A stretch of 64,000 nucleotides of DNA, taken from NCBI GenBank assembly GCA_003331635.1, contig QOPH01000001.1, positions 42,599-106,598 of the forward strand. The letters run 5' to 3'. Below, piece after piece: positions 8,625 through 17,706 of this stretch; within the stretch, counting starts at the first letter, position 1, and each line of letters starts with the position of its first letter. Below the pieces are notes generated by a model. It did no database searches and was not told the origin of the DNA. It saw nothing but the letters and a program-made list of their open reading frames with translations. The stretch comes from SAR86 cluster bacterium (lineage in GTDB: Bacteria > Pseudomonadota > Gammaproteobacteria > Magnimaribacterales > TMED112). The translations under genes were made by a program, and so were the position numbers.

Positions 8625-8653
8625 CCCCTCGGTAACCTGAGGGGTTTTTTTTC
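8625..8653 (+). terminator. Rho-independent terminator
   Basis: 8-bp GC-rich stem CCCCTCGG/CTGAGGGG (one G-U pair) with loop TAAC, followed by a T8 run. It lies 185 nt after the TBDR stop and 26 nt before the next start codon. Confidence 0.8.
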
Positions 8654-8678
8654 TTTAAAAAAATTGTAGACTTCATTT

Positions 8679-9116
8679 ATGAAATTAACTTTTCCGCCTG
8701 TAATAACTCTTGGATGTTTGTTCATTCAAGTTTTATTATTCAATTTGTTACCATTAACTGTTGATCTGAGCCTTCTATTTGGTTTTCTTTTACTAGTTGG
8801 ATCAATTGGTTGTATCGCTTTAGCAGCAAGAGAGCTTTTCAAAAACGAAACAACAATAATTCCTGATGGTCAGCCTGAAAAATTAGTTACTACTGGTCCT
8901 TTTTCATTCTCAAGAAATCCTATTTATCTTGGAATGGCTGGAATATTAATTTCATCAGCTTGTTTTATGCAGTCATTATCAGCATTAGTAATACCAGTAA
9001 TATTTGTATTAATCATACATAAAACTTGGATTCCTCATGAAGAAGTCAAATTAAAAGAGAAATTTGGTAAACACTGGGAAAAATATGCTGCATCAACTAG
9101 CCGCTGGTTAGGTTAA
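8679..9116 (+). CDS. Isoprenylcysteine carboxyl methyltransferase (ICMT/PEMT)-family membrane protein
   Basis: 145 aa and multi-TM, with the FSRNPIYLGM motif typical of this family. Confidence 0.6.
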   Translation: MKLTFPPVITLGCLFIQVLLFNLLPLTVDLSLLFGFLLLVGSIGCIALAARELFKNETTIIPDGQPEKLVTTGPFSFSRNPIYLGMAGILISSACFMQSLSALVIPVIFVLIIHKTWIPHEEVKLKEKFGKHWEKYAASTSRWLG

Positions 9117-10553
9117 AATTTTATCGAGATATTTTTTCCATTCTGCGTAACTATTCTCTAAATCATCATTTTCACTGTTTATGGGTTTTACTAAATCTCT
9201 TTTTTGTTCAAGAATTACATTTTTATCCATAACATCTTTAGAAATACCAGCTAATGCAGCGACGCCAAATGCAGTAGACTCCTTATTATGAGGAACATTT
9301 ACATTTTTATTGAGAAGAGTAGCTAATTGCTGAACAAATTTCTTATTTTCCACCATTCCTCCATCAACATTTAAGATATTTATCTTAATTCCAGACTTTT
9401 CAAAACAATTAAGTATTTCTTTTGATTGAAATGAAATTGATTTAAAAGCTGCATTAATTAAATCTTCCTTGCTGCTGTCTCTAGTTATTCCATAAAAAGA
9501 GGCTCTTATTTCTGAATTCCAGTATGGTGCACCAAGTCCAGTAAAAGCTGGTATAAATATAACTCCATTACTATTACCATTTGTTCTTAGAAATTTTTCT
9601 GATTCAGGACTTTTGTTAAAAAAACCAAGGTTATCTCTTAAGTATTGAACTACTGTACCTGCAGAGTAAATACTTCCTTCCATTGCATAATATACATCTC
9701 CACCAAAACTAAAACCTACTGTAGTAAGCAATTTCTCTTGTGATAGAACGGGTTTATTGCCGATATTAGACATTAAGAAACACCCTGTTCCATAAGTACT
9801 TTTTGAGTCTCCTTCTTCAAAACATCCTTGACCAAATAATGCAGCCTGCTGATCTCCAAGTACACCATGAATTTCAGCATTATTAATTTTCTCAATACGG
9901 CCAAAAGAAGAATCTGACATGACAACTTCTGGAAGAAGTGATTTATCTATTCCAAAAATACCTAATAACTCTTCATCCCAAGAAAGGGTATTTATATTAA
10001 GTAGCATTGTTCTTGACGCATTAGTAATATCTGTTTTAAAAATTTTCCCCTCAGATAGTTTGTACATCAAATATGTATCGACAGTCCCAAAACATAGCTC
10101 ACCATTAGCAGCCTTTTCTTTTGCTCCATTAACGTTTTCAAGAATCCATTTAACCTTTGTTGCTGAAAAATACGGATCCAAGATAAGTCCAGTTTTGTCT
10201 TGTATGTTTTTTTCAAGGTCATCTGATCTGATGCTTTCGCAATATTGTGATGATCTCCTGTCCTGCCATACAATCGCGTTATAAATCGGATTACCAGATT
10301 GTTTTTCCCATACAATAGTAGTCTCTCTTTGATTTGTAATTGATATCAATTCAATATCATCTTTATCAATATCATTTAAGGACTTTATAACCGAATCCAT
10401 TAATACTTGTGGCTCTATCTCTACCCATCCATCTTCAGGGTAAATTAATGGATATTCATATTGACTAGATTCAATTGTGCCCCCATTAATATCATAAGTA
10501 ATTGATCTTGAACTAGTTGTTCCCTGGTCGATTGTAAGTATTTTATAATTCAT
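9108..10553 (-). CDS. glpK: Glycerol kinase
   Basis: N-terminal IDQGTTSSR motif, FGGY-kinase length (481 aa) and GDQQAALFGQ. Confidence 0.9.
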   Translation of the reverse strand: MNYKILTIDQGTTSSRSITYDINGGTIESSQYEYPLIYPEDGWVEIEPQVLMDSVIKSLNDIDKDDIELISITNQRETTIVWEKQSGNPIYNAIVWQDRRSSQYCESIRSDDLEKNIQDKTGLILDPYFSATKVKWILENVNGAKEKAANGELCFGTVDTYLMYKLSEGKIFKTDITNASRTMLLNINTLSWDEELLGIFGIDKSLLPEVVMSDSSFGRIEKINNAEIHGVLGDQQAALFGQGCFEEGDSKSTYGTGCFLMSNIGNKPVLSQEKLLTTVGFSFGGDVYYAMEGSIYSAGTVVQYLRDNLGFFNKSPESEKFLRTNGNSNGVIFIPAFTGLGAPYWNSEIRASFYGITRDSSKEDLINAAFKSISFQSKEILNCFEKSGIKINILNVDGGMVENKKFVQQLATLLNKNVNVPHNKESTAFGVAALAGISKDVMDKNVILEQKRDLVKPINSENDDLENSYAEWKKYLDKILT

Positions 10554-10555
10554 AT

Positions 10556-10843
10556 ATGAGTAAAAATAACATTCTAACTTTAATCATTACACTAATCATT
10601 ACTTCAAGTTGCGCTACTACAGAATTAAATAAAGAGAAATCAGAGAGAGAAGTGCAGAGAGATAAAAAGTTAAATGAGCTTGAACAGATGTGCGATTATG
10701 TAACTATCGACATTTATCAAGGTGAAGAGCTGTTCATCTGTCATAGATCTGCTTCAAGAATGCCAAAGAAAAATCCAGTTCCTGATCCAAATGTCGAAAT
10801 TATCAATGAAAAAGAAATTATTGAAAAGCCTGGAGATTTCTAA
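10556..10843 (+). CDS. Small lipoprotein, unknown function
   Basis: Signal peptide with lipobox ITSSC. TAATG junction to the downstream glutaredoxin gene. Confidence 0.45.
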   Translation: MSKNNILTLIITLIITSSCATTELNKEKSEREVQRDKKLNELEQMCDYVTIDIYQGEELFICHRSASRMPKKNPVPDPNVEIINEKEIIEKPGDF

Positions 10844-11067
10844 TGTATAAGATTTATTCGACCAAATCTTGTGGATATTGTGTAAGAGCAAAATCTTTAC
10901 TTGCAGCAAATAACCTTCCATTTGAAGAAGTATATGTTGATGAATCAGCTGAGAATTTTGATGAAATGAAAAATGTTGCGCCAAACATGAAGACTGTTCC
11001 TGTAATTACCCTGAATGGATTGCTTGTGGGAGGTTTTTACGAGCTTAAAGAAAAAGTAGATGCCTAA
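10843..11067 (+). CDS. Glutaredoxin
   Basis: 74 aa with active site CGYC, plus the TVP and GG motifs of the glutaredoxin fold. Confidence 0.8.
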   Translation: MYKIYSTKSCGYCVRAKSLLAANNLPFEEVYVDESAENFDEMKNVAPNMKTVPVITLNGLLVGGFYELKEKVDA

Positions 11068-12451
11068 TTTAGTCGTTTACGACACTGAAACAACTACTAA
11101 CATGAGTGGTCCTGAAAAAGACTTTAATCAGGTCATTCAAATTGCTTCAATAGTTTACGATCAAGATTTAAATAAAAAAGATTCATTTAACTTTTCATGC
11201 TCTCCTTTACCATGGTCATTATTTTCACCTGGTGCATTACTTACAAATAAAAAAATTGATGCATTCGATAATGAAACTACCCATTATCAATTAATAAAAT
11301 CTACATGGGAAAAATGGAAATCATGGACAGACTTTTCAGATAGTATATTCATCTCATACAATGGCGATATGTTTGACGAGGAAGTAATGCGTCGACAATT
11401 TTTTTGGAATTTAATTGATCCATATTTTACAAGCAGAGAGCCAAGATCACGACTTGATGTACTGCCAAAACTTTTCCCCTTAGCAATATTTTATAAGAAT
11501 GATTTCGACTTACCCTATATAGATAAAAAGGTCAGTTTTAAGCTTGAGAATATTGCAAAAAGCTATGGCATCGACACTACAGATGCGCATGATGCTTATG
11601 CTGATTGTATATTCTTATATGAATTGATTAAACAAATAAAAAAAAATGTGCCAAATTATTTTGAAGAAATAATCTTAACAACAAACAAAATAAAGAAAAT
11701 TGAACATCTAATAAGTAATGAAATTCATTTTGACTGCACTAGATATGGTAATAATAATCCTGTTTATGTTTTCAATTCTGCAAATATATCTAATCAATTG
11801 CTAGTAAGCTTCAATTTAAATTTTGATCCTATTGGTTATTTTGACTTATCTTATTCAGAGCTTGAACACTTAATTAATTTAAAAAAAACATCGCCATTTA
11901 AAAAAATAAATGTTTCAAGGTCTAACTCTTTAATATCATTAGAAACTTTGAATAAAGACAATTTGAAAATAGAAAATCTTGATTTGTATAAAAAAAACAG
12001 AGACATAATTAAAGAAAATAAAAATTTCTTAGATAAGGTTCTAGATATTTTCAATAATAAAACATATGAAAGTAAACCTACGGATATTCCTGAACAAAGT
12101 CTTTATGGTGGGGGCTTTTTAACAAAAAAAGATATTGATATTTTTAACAAATTTCATAATGAATCTAATTTAGATGAAAAAATTAAGATTATTAACTCAC
12201 TTGATGACGATAGATATATACAATTTGCAAAACGTATATGTGCACAAGAATTTCCAGATACTGCACCTCAGGATTATTTAATTCATTGTAGAAATTTAGT
12301 TGTAGAGCGATTTAACGAAAAAGGCCCTTGGCCAGATGCAGATAAATATTTGGGTGATGCTAATAAATTGTTGGAAGATATATCAAGTGATGAAGATAAA
12401 AAGCTTGTTAATGCATCAATTAATCAAATAAACAAAAATCGTATTAATTAA
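11060..12451 (+). CDS. sbcB: Exodeoxyribonuclease I
   Basis: DEDDh exonuclease motifs VVYDTETT, YNGDMFDEEV and HDAYADC. Length (463 aa) is typical of ExoI. Confidence 0.8.
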   Translation: MPNLVVYDTETTTNMSGPEKDFNQVIQIASIVYDQDLNKKDSFNFSCSPLPWSLFSPGALLTNKKIDAFDNETTHYQLIKSTWEKWKSWTDFSDSIFISYNGDMFDEEVMRRQFFWNLIDPYFTSREPRSRLDVLPKLFPLAIFYKNDFDLPYIDKKVSFKLENIAKSYGIDTTDAHDAYADCIFLYELIKQIKKNVPNYFEEIILTTNKIKKIEHLISNEIHFDCTRYGNNNPVYVFNSANISNQLLVSFNLNFDPIGYFDLSYSELEHLINLKKTSPFKKINVSRSNSLISLETLNKDNLKIENLDLYKKNRDIIKENKNFLDKVLDIFNNKTYESKPTDIPEQSLYGGGFLTKKDIDIFNKFHNESNLDEKIKIINSLDDDRYIQFAKRICAQEFPDTAPQDYLIHCRNLVVERFNEKGPWPDADKYLGDANKLLEDISSDEDKKLVNASINQINKNRIN

Positions 12452-12490
12452 CTTTTTTCTTATATACTTATTTTCATTAAATTTCACAGT

Positions 12491-14644
12491 TTGAAAATGG
12501 CCAGATTTATTGTTCTTATACTATTTTCATTAAATTTGTATTCACAAATAAAACTTGATGGAAAAGTTGATGCAGCAGAGTGGCAAAATTCTGAAAAATA
12601 CACCTTAGATTACGAAATAGAACCTAGTTATAACGGTCCAGCGGAACACAAGACAGAAGCTTTTGTAAAGCATGACGATTCTTACTTATACGTTGCATTT
12701 AAGGCTTATGGAAATAAGGATTATATTAGGGCCCAGGTGAGATCAAGAGATAGCGTTAGATGGTCAAATGATATAACAATTATAGGTATAGATACTTATG
12801 GAGACGGCAGATATTACATTGGATTTGGAGTAAACCCTCTAGGAAGCATCCATGATTTTAAAAGAATAGGAAATGGTGAACCTGATAGTTCATATAATGT
12901 TGAATTTGAAGGTGAGGGTAGAGTGACAGACTTTGGTTACGAAGTTGAAATGAAAATACCTTTTTCATCACTGATATTTCCAGAAGTAGAGAAGCAGGAA
13001 TGGAAATTAATGTTTTTTAGAAAACTATATAATCGTGCTCAAGAATCTAGATATTTGTCACATCCTGTAATTGCAGGCGCTGGTTGTTCAATTTGCCAGT
13101 CTAATATTACTTATAATTTATTTAATATAGAGAAAAAGCAAAAAAGACGTTTAATACCATCTTTCACAGCAAATTCCTTATCAAATCGAGATAGTGAGGG
13201 AAATTTAAAGTCTGAACCTATAAATTCTGAAGTTTCTCTTGGCGGTGACTTTGAGATTTTTGGAAGTAATTTTGAATTTACATTGAATCCAGACTTTTCA
13301 CAAATTGAAGCAGATGAGACAAAAATAGATATTAATCAAACTACAGCTTTACAGTTTGAAGAAAGAAGAATTTTCTTTAATGAGGGTAAAGATTATTTAA
13401 GTTCAAGACTTGACGCAGTTTATACAAGAGCTATTAATGATCCAGAGTATGCAATTAAATTTTTTAATAGAGGAGAGAAGCACAGCTATTTTTTTCTTGA
13501 TGCAAAAGATAGAAATACTCCGCTAATAGTACCAGGTGAGCAAAGATCTTATAGTGCATTGCTGGGAGAAAGTAATTCAAATATTTTTAGTTACAACTAC
13601 AACCTCGGAAAAGGTCAAAATTTAGGCTTTCTTGCAACAAACAGAACTTATGAAGAGGGTGGTTTTGGACGCCTATATTCAGCTAAAGGAAAGTTTTTAT
13701 TATCAGATAAATATTCTACCTATTTTGAAATTGCTCAAAGCTCAACAGAAGAGCCGATAAGTGATTTAATTACTACCACAAAAGAATCAGATAAATATAA
13801 CTATCTTTTAGATGGAGAAAGTTTTGATGGAACTGCTGCTCAGTTTAATTTAAATAGAAATACTGAGAAATGGGAAACTAAATATAGATTTGAAACTAAG
13901 TCACCTGAATTTAGAACGGATTTAGGTTTTACAACAGAAAATAATTGGTTAGCGCACGAATTAAGCCAAAGTTATCAATATCGATCAAATAATTTTATTC
14001 GTAAGGCTAACATGGGTGGCTCAATAAGCCTTTTAACAAATTATGATAACAACATCTTAGATCAGGAAGCAGAGCTTTTTTTTAATGCAGATTTTTCAAA
14101 TCAAATTAATTTTGATATGGGTATAGAGAGATCGAATAAGGCAACATTTGAAGGTTTTGCTTTTCATAACATAGATAGTTTTAGAACAGGAGTTAGGTAC
14201 AATCCAAGTGGTAAATTCTTTATTAGATTTAATTATGACTATGGAGATGCTATTGCAAGAAATATATCAACACCAGAATTAGGCAAAAGAACAAACTATA
14301 CAATCGGTGGATTCTATCAAGTTAATGACAGAATACGTGTTAGATACAATTACCGATATAACAAGCTTGAAAATACATTAACAAATGAAAATTATTTTGC
14401 TGGGTATTTAACAACAATTAGAGGTCTTTATCAGTTTGATAAAAACTCATTTATCAGAGTGGTCCAAGAATATAACGATTTCAATGATAATGGTTACACA
14501 CAACTTTTATTTCAATGGCAGCCAAATTCCGCAACAATTTTCTATTTCGGTGGAACATTTAATCAAGAAGATATTAAAGAAACATGGGAGATTGAAAGCT
14601 CTCAGATATATATGAAATTTCAATATTTATTTAATTTTGATTAA
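12491..14644 (+). CDS. Outer-membrane DUF5916-like protein with an N-terminal CBM9/DOMON-like domain
   Basis: Signal peptide, an LDGKVDAAEWQN start resembling CBM9-like domains, a long beta-rich C-terminal region and a terminal aromatic residue context (YLFNFD). An ATG at 12497 is an alternative start. Confidence 0.5.
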   Translation: MKMARFIVLILFSLNLYSQIKLDGKVDAAEWQNSEKYTLDYEIEPSYNGPAEHKTEAFVKHDDSYLYVAFKAYGNKDYIRAQVRSRDSVRWSNDITIIGIDTYGDGRYYIGFGVNPLGSIHDFKRIGNGEPDSSYNVEFEGEGRVTDFGYEVEMKIPFSSLIFPEVEKQEWKLMFFRKLYNRAQESRYLSHPVIAGAGCSICQSNITYNLFNIEKKQKRRLIPSFTANSLSNRDSEGNLKSEPINSEVSLGGDFEIFGSNFEFTLNPDFSQIEADETKIDINQTTALQFEERRIFFNEGKDYLSSRLDAVYTRAINDPEYAIKFFNRGEKHSYFFLDAKDRNTPLIVPGEQRSYSALLGESNSNIFSYNYNLGKGQNLGFLATNRTYEEGGFGRLYSAKGKFLLSDKYSTYFEIAQSSTEEPISDLITTTKESDKYNYLLDGESFDGTAAQFNLNRNTEKWETKYRFETKSPEFRTDLGFTTENNWLAHELSQSYQYRSNNFIRKANMGGSISLLTNYDNNILDQEAELFFNADFSNQINFDMGIERSNKATFEGFAFHNIDSFRTGVRYNPSGKFFIRFNYDYGDAIARNISTPELGKRTNYTIGGFYQVNDRIRVRYNYRYNKLENTLTNENYFAGYLTTIRGLYQFDKNSFIRVVQEYNDFNDNGYTQLLFQWQPNSATIFYFGGTFNQEDIKETWEIESSQIYMKFQYLFNFD

Positions 14645-14656
14645 AATTACAACTTA

Positions 14657-15415
14657 ATGATCGAAGCAAAAAATCTAACAAAAATCTTTAAAGTACCTAC
14701 TGAAGAAAAGTCTATCTTTGGAGCAAAAAAAATTGATAGTGCAGCAGTAGATGATCTAAGTTTTTCATTGAAAAAGGGAGAAATATTAAGTTTATTAGGT
14801 CCCAATGGATGTGGTAAAACTACTACTCTAAGAATGCTAGCTGGTATGTTGGAGCCCTCAAAAGGAACAGCTTTTATAGATGAAATTGATGTTAGAGAAG
14901 ATAAGCAAAAAATTAAATCAAAAATTGGTTTTATGACAAACAATACATCTCTATATGATCGTTTAAATGTTGTTGAAACGATAAAATTTTTTGCTGAGTT
15001 AAATCAAATTCCAGAGAATATATACAAACCTAGAGCTGAAGACTTATTCAATCAACTAGATATGAAAAAATATCTTTTAAAGCGAGTTTCTGATTTAAGT
15101 ACAGGCATGAAGCAAAAAACCTCAATTGTAAGGACACTAATTCATGATCCAGATTTAATTGTTTTAGATGAACCAACAACTGGAGTAGATGTTACAGGTC
15201 AATCAATAATTTTAGATCTTATAAAAAATATAAAAGCCAAAGGAAAAACACTTATATTCTCAACACATCAATTGGGCGAGGTTAAAGACATTGCAGACAA
15301 AATTGTTGTGATCAAATCAGGAAAAAAAGTATTTGATGGCGATAACGATTCCTTTCAAAAAATTAATCCTAATAAAAACTTTAATGAAATATTTTCGGAG
15401 TTAGTCGATGAGTAA
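14657..15415 (+). CDS. ABC transporter ATP-binding protein (ABC-2/NatA-like)
   Basis: Walker A GPNGCGKTT, signature LSTGMKQK and Walker B LIVLDEPTTGVD. Confidence 0.88.
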   Translation: MIEAKNLTKIFKVPTEEKSIFGAKKIDSAAVDDLSFSLKKGEILSLLGPNGCGKTTTLRMLAGMLEPSKGTAFIDEIDVREDKQKIKSKIGFMTNNTSLYDRLNVVETIKFFAELNQIPENIYKPRAEDLFNQLDMKKYLLKRVSDLSTGMKQKTSIVRTLIHDPDLIVLDEPTTGVDVTGQSIILDLIKNIKAKGKTLIFSTHQLGEVKDIADKIVVIKSGKKVFDGDNDSFQKINPNKNFNEIFSELVDE

Positions 15416-16610
15416 ATGGCGAGTATTGTTAAATAAAGAGATTCTGCATTTATTTCGTGATACAAAAACAATATTACAAACTGTTATTATTCCAACCTTT
15501 ATCACGCCTTTGCTTATCGGAGCGATATTTTGGTATATTTCATCAATTGCCCAAGAAGAGAGTATAAAAACTTATAAAGTCTCAATTTTTGGTGATTCTG
15601 AACTAATTAATACCTTAGAAGAATCTGAACGTTTAAATATTTTTACAAAAAGTAGTGTTACAGACGTCATTAATGATGTTGAAACTGAAGTAACTGATGT
15701 AGGACTTTCTATAAGTAATAATTTTGATGGCAATTTGAATAATAAATTAAGTGGCGAAATCACAATATATTCTAAAAACTTAGATACTTTTTCCCAAGCA
15801 AAAAATGTAATCGAATCTTCTATAAGGACTTATGAGAATCAAATAAGAGAAGATAGACTAACAGAGCTAAATTTAGATGAAGATTTCATTGATCCTATAA
15901 AAGTTATTGAGGAAGACCTTACTACTGAAGAAGAGTTTGCCGGTACTTTTGTTGGAGCCTTCGTCGCATTTATGTTCATTGCATATATTTTGACTGGTTC
16001 AATGTATCCAGCAATTGATCTAGGTGCTGGTGAGAAAGAACGCGGTACTATGGAAACACTTATTTCAACAAATATATCAACTGTAGAAATCATTATTGGA
16101 AAAATGTTTTCGATTACTCTTTCAGCTGTAATTACTGCGATATTTTCAACGCTAGGATTTATCATTCCGCTCATACTAATTTATTTATTTTATGCCGACT
16201 CAATTCCTCAATACGCTTTTGATGTAATAGCGGCTATTGTGAATCCTGTTGCTATACTGGGAATTTTCGTTTTAATTATACCTTTAAGTATTTTTATGGG
16301 CTCTTTACTGCTAGCAATTTCAATTTATGCAAAAAATACTAAAGAAGCATCTTTATTGATGGGAAATATTGTTCTTATTTTCTTTGCACCTGCTTATGTG
16401 CCTTTAATTAATCCTGGTATGGATTTAGATTTAGTAGGATCACTTATTCCATGTTTTAATTTAGCACTACATACAAATGCCTTAATTTCAGGGAGCGTTG
16501 ATTGGTTTTTATATGCATGTTCCTTGGGATCAACTGTTATTTATTGTTTGATTGCTGTTTATATAACCTACATTATGTTTGATGATGAAAAGGTTATATT
16601 TAGATCTTAA
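15408..16610 (+). CDS. ABC-2 family permease (NatB-like) with a large extracytoplasmic loop
   Basis: Overlaps the ATPase gene by 8 nt. It has one N-terminal TM, an approximately 150-aa loop, then five or six TMs. Confidence 0.7.
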   Translation: MSKWRVLLNKEILHLFRDTKTILQTVIIPTFITPLLIGAIFWYISSIAQEESIKTYKVSIFGDSELINTLEESERLNIFTKSSVTDVINDVETEVTDVGLSISNNFDGNLNNKLSGEITIYSKNLDTFSQAKNVIESSIRTYENQIREDRLTELNLDEDFIDPIKVIEEDLTTEEEFAGTFVGAFVAFMFIAYILTGSMYPAIDLGAGEKERGTMETLISTNISTVEIIIGKMFSITLSAVITAIFSTLGFIIPLILIYLFYADSIPQYAFDVIAAIVNPVAILGIFVLIIPLSIFMGSLLLAISIYAKNTKEASLLMGNIVLIFFAPAYVPLINPGMDLDLVGSLIPCFNLALHTNALISGSVDWFLYACSLGSTVIYCLIAVYITYIMFDDEKVIFRS

Positions 16611-17242
16611 TGATAGTAATTAACACACCAGTCTCACCTTATCTACAAAATGCTCCAATTGTGTACTGTGATAAAACGAAAAAATCTATTTTTGTAGATC
16701 CTGGAGATGAGGTTGAAAAATTAATTAGTGTTAGTGAAGAACATAATCTCAAACCAGAATTTATTTTAATAACACATGGCCACATTGATCATGCAGGTGC
16801 GGCTGTTGAGTTAGCTCAGAAGTATAATCTTGAAATTATTGGCCCACATAAGGATGATAAATTCTTACTTGATACTTTAGAGGTTCAGGGCCAGATGTAT
16901 GATGTAAAAGCTAAAAATTTTATTCCTGACCGTTGGTTAATACATAATGACTCCATAGAATTTGCAGACTTTAAATTACAAATATTGCATTGTCCTGGTC
17001 ATTCTCCAGGGCATATAGTTGCTATTAATCATGAATCTAAACAAATTATTGGTGGTGATATTCTATTTAATGGTTCAATTGGAAGAACAGACCTGCCTAT
17101 GGGCAATCATCAAGATTTAATCAAATCAATAAAAGAACATTTTTTAACTTTAGATGATGACTATGATGTTTATTGTGGACATGGACCAAATACAACAATA
17201 GGTCATGAGCGTTTAACTAATACCTTTCTTACAAATGCTTAA
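16610..17242 (+). CDS. MBL-fold metallo-hydrolase (glyoxalase II-like)
   Basis: THGHIDHAG metal-binding motif, CPGHSPGH, and length 210 aa. Confidence 0.8.
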   Translation: MIVINTPVSPYLQNAPIVYCDKTKKSIFVDPGDEVEKLISVSEEHNLKPEFILITHGHIDHAGAAVELAQKYNLEIIGPHKDDKFLLDTLEVQGQMYDVKAKNFIPDRWLIHNDSIEFADFKLQILHCPGHSPGHIVAINHESKQIIGGDILFNGSIGRTDLPMGNHQDLIKSIKEHFLTLDDDYDVYCGHGPNTTIGHERLTNTFLTNA

Positions 17243-17699
17243 TATTGAATCAGTAAATTTAATGCAATTAACAATTGATTTAGCAAAAAAGAATCTAGCT
17301 AAAAATAAAATTCCAGTTGCAGCAATCATTGTAGACGGGCAAACAAACGAAATTATAGCTAAAGCAACCAATGATAATAGTCCTATTGGTCATGCAGAGT
17401 TAAAAGCAATAAAAAAAGCACTAAAAAAATTAAATACAAATAGGCTGGATGGGTGTGAGATGTATGTCAACTTAGAACCATGCCCAATGTGTGCAGTCGC
17501 AATTTCAAAAGTCCACTTAAGTAAAATTTATTTTGGGGCAGAAGATGAGAAGGGCGGAGGTGTTATAAATGGTCCAAAGATATTTAGTTTACCTAATTAT
17601 AGAAGTCCCGAAATAATTTCACATTGCTTAGCAGAACAATCGTCAGAACTATTAAAAAAATTCTTTTTAAATAAAAGAAAAACAAAAGAAGCTATATAA
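17235..17699 (+). CDS. tadA: tRNA-specific adenosine deaminase
   Basis: CMP/dCMP deaminase zinc motifs HAELKAI and PCPMCAVAI. Length 154 aa. Confidence 0.8.
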   Translation: MLNIESVNLMQLTIDLAKKNLAKNKIPVAAIIVDGQTNEIIAKATNDNSPIGHAELKAIKKALKKLNTNRLDGCEMYVNLEPCPMCAVAISKVHLSKIYFGAEDEKGGGVINGPKIFSLPNYRSPEIISHCLAEQSSELLKKFFLNKRKTKEAI

Positions 17700-17706
17700 T
17701 TGATTA

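Noticed and set aside
9919-10284. 121-aa plus-strand ORF inside glpK
   Set aside because: Antisense to glycerol kinase, with a low-complexity Ser-rich translation.
12471-12488. Weak Pho-box-like TTTTCAT-TAAA-TTTCACA upstream of the DUF5916 gene
   Set aside because: It lacks the conserved G of TGTCA in both repeats. It also ends only 2-8 nt before the start codon, leaving no room for a -10 element and 5' UTR.
14647-14943. 98-aa minus-strand ORF
   Set aside because: Antisense shadow of the ABC ATPase gene. It covers the Walker A region and has no motifs of its own.
15839-16174. 111-aa minus-strand ORF inside the ABC-2 permease gene
   Set aside because: Antisense shadow ORF with no independent support.
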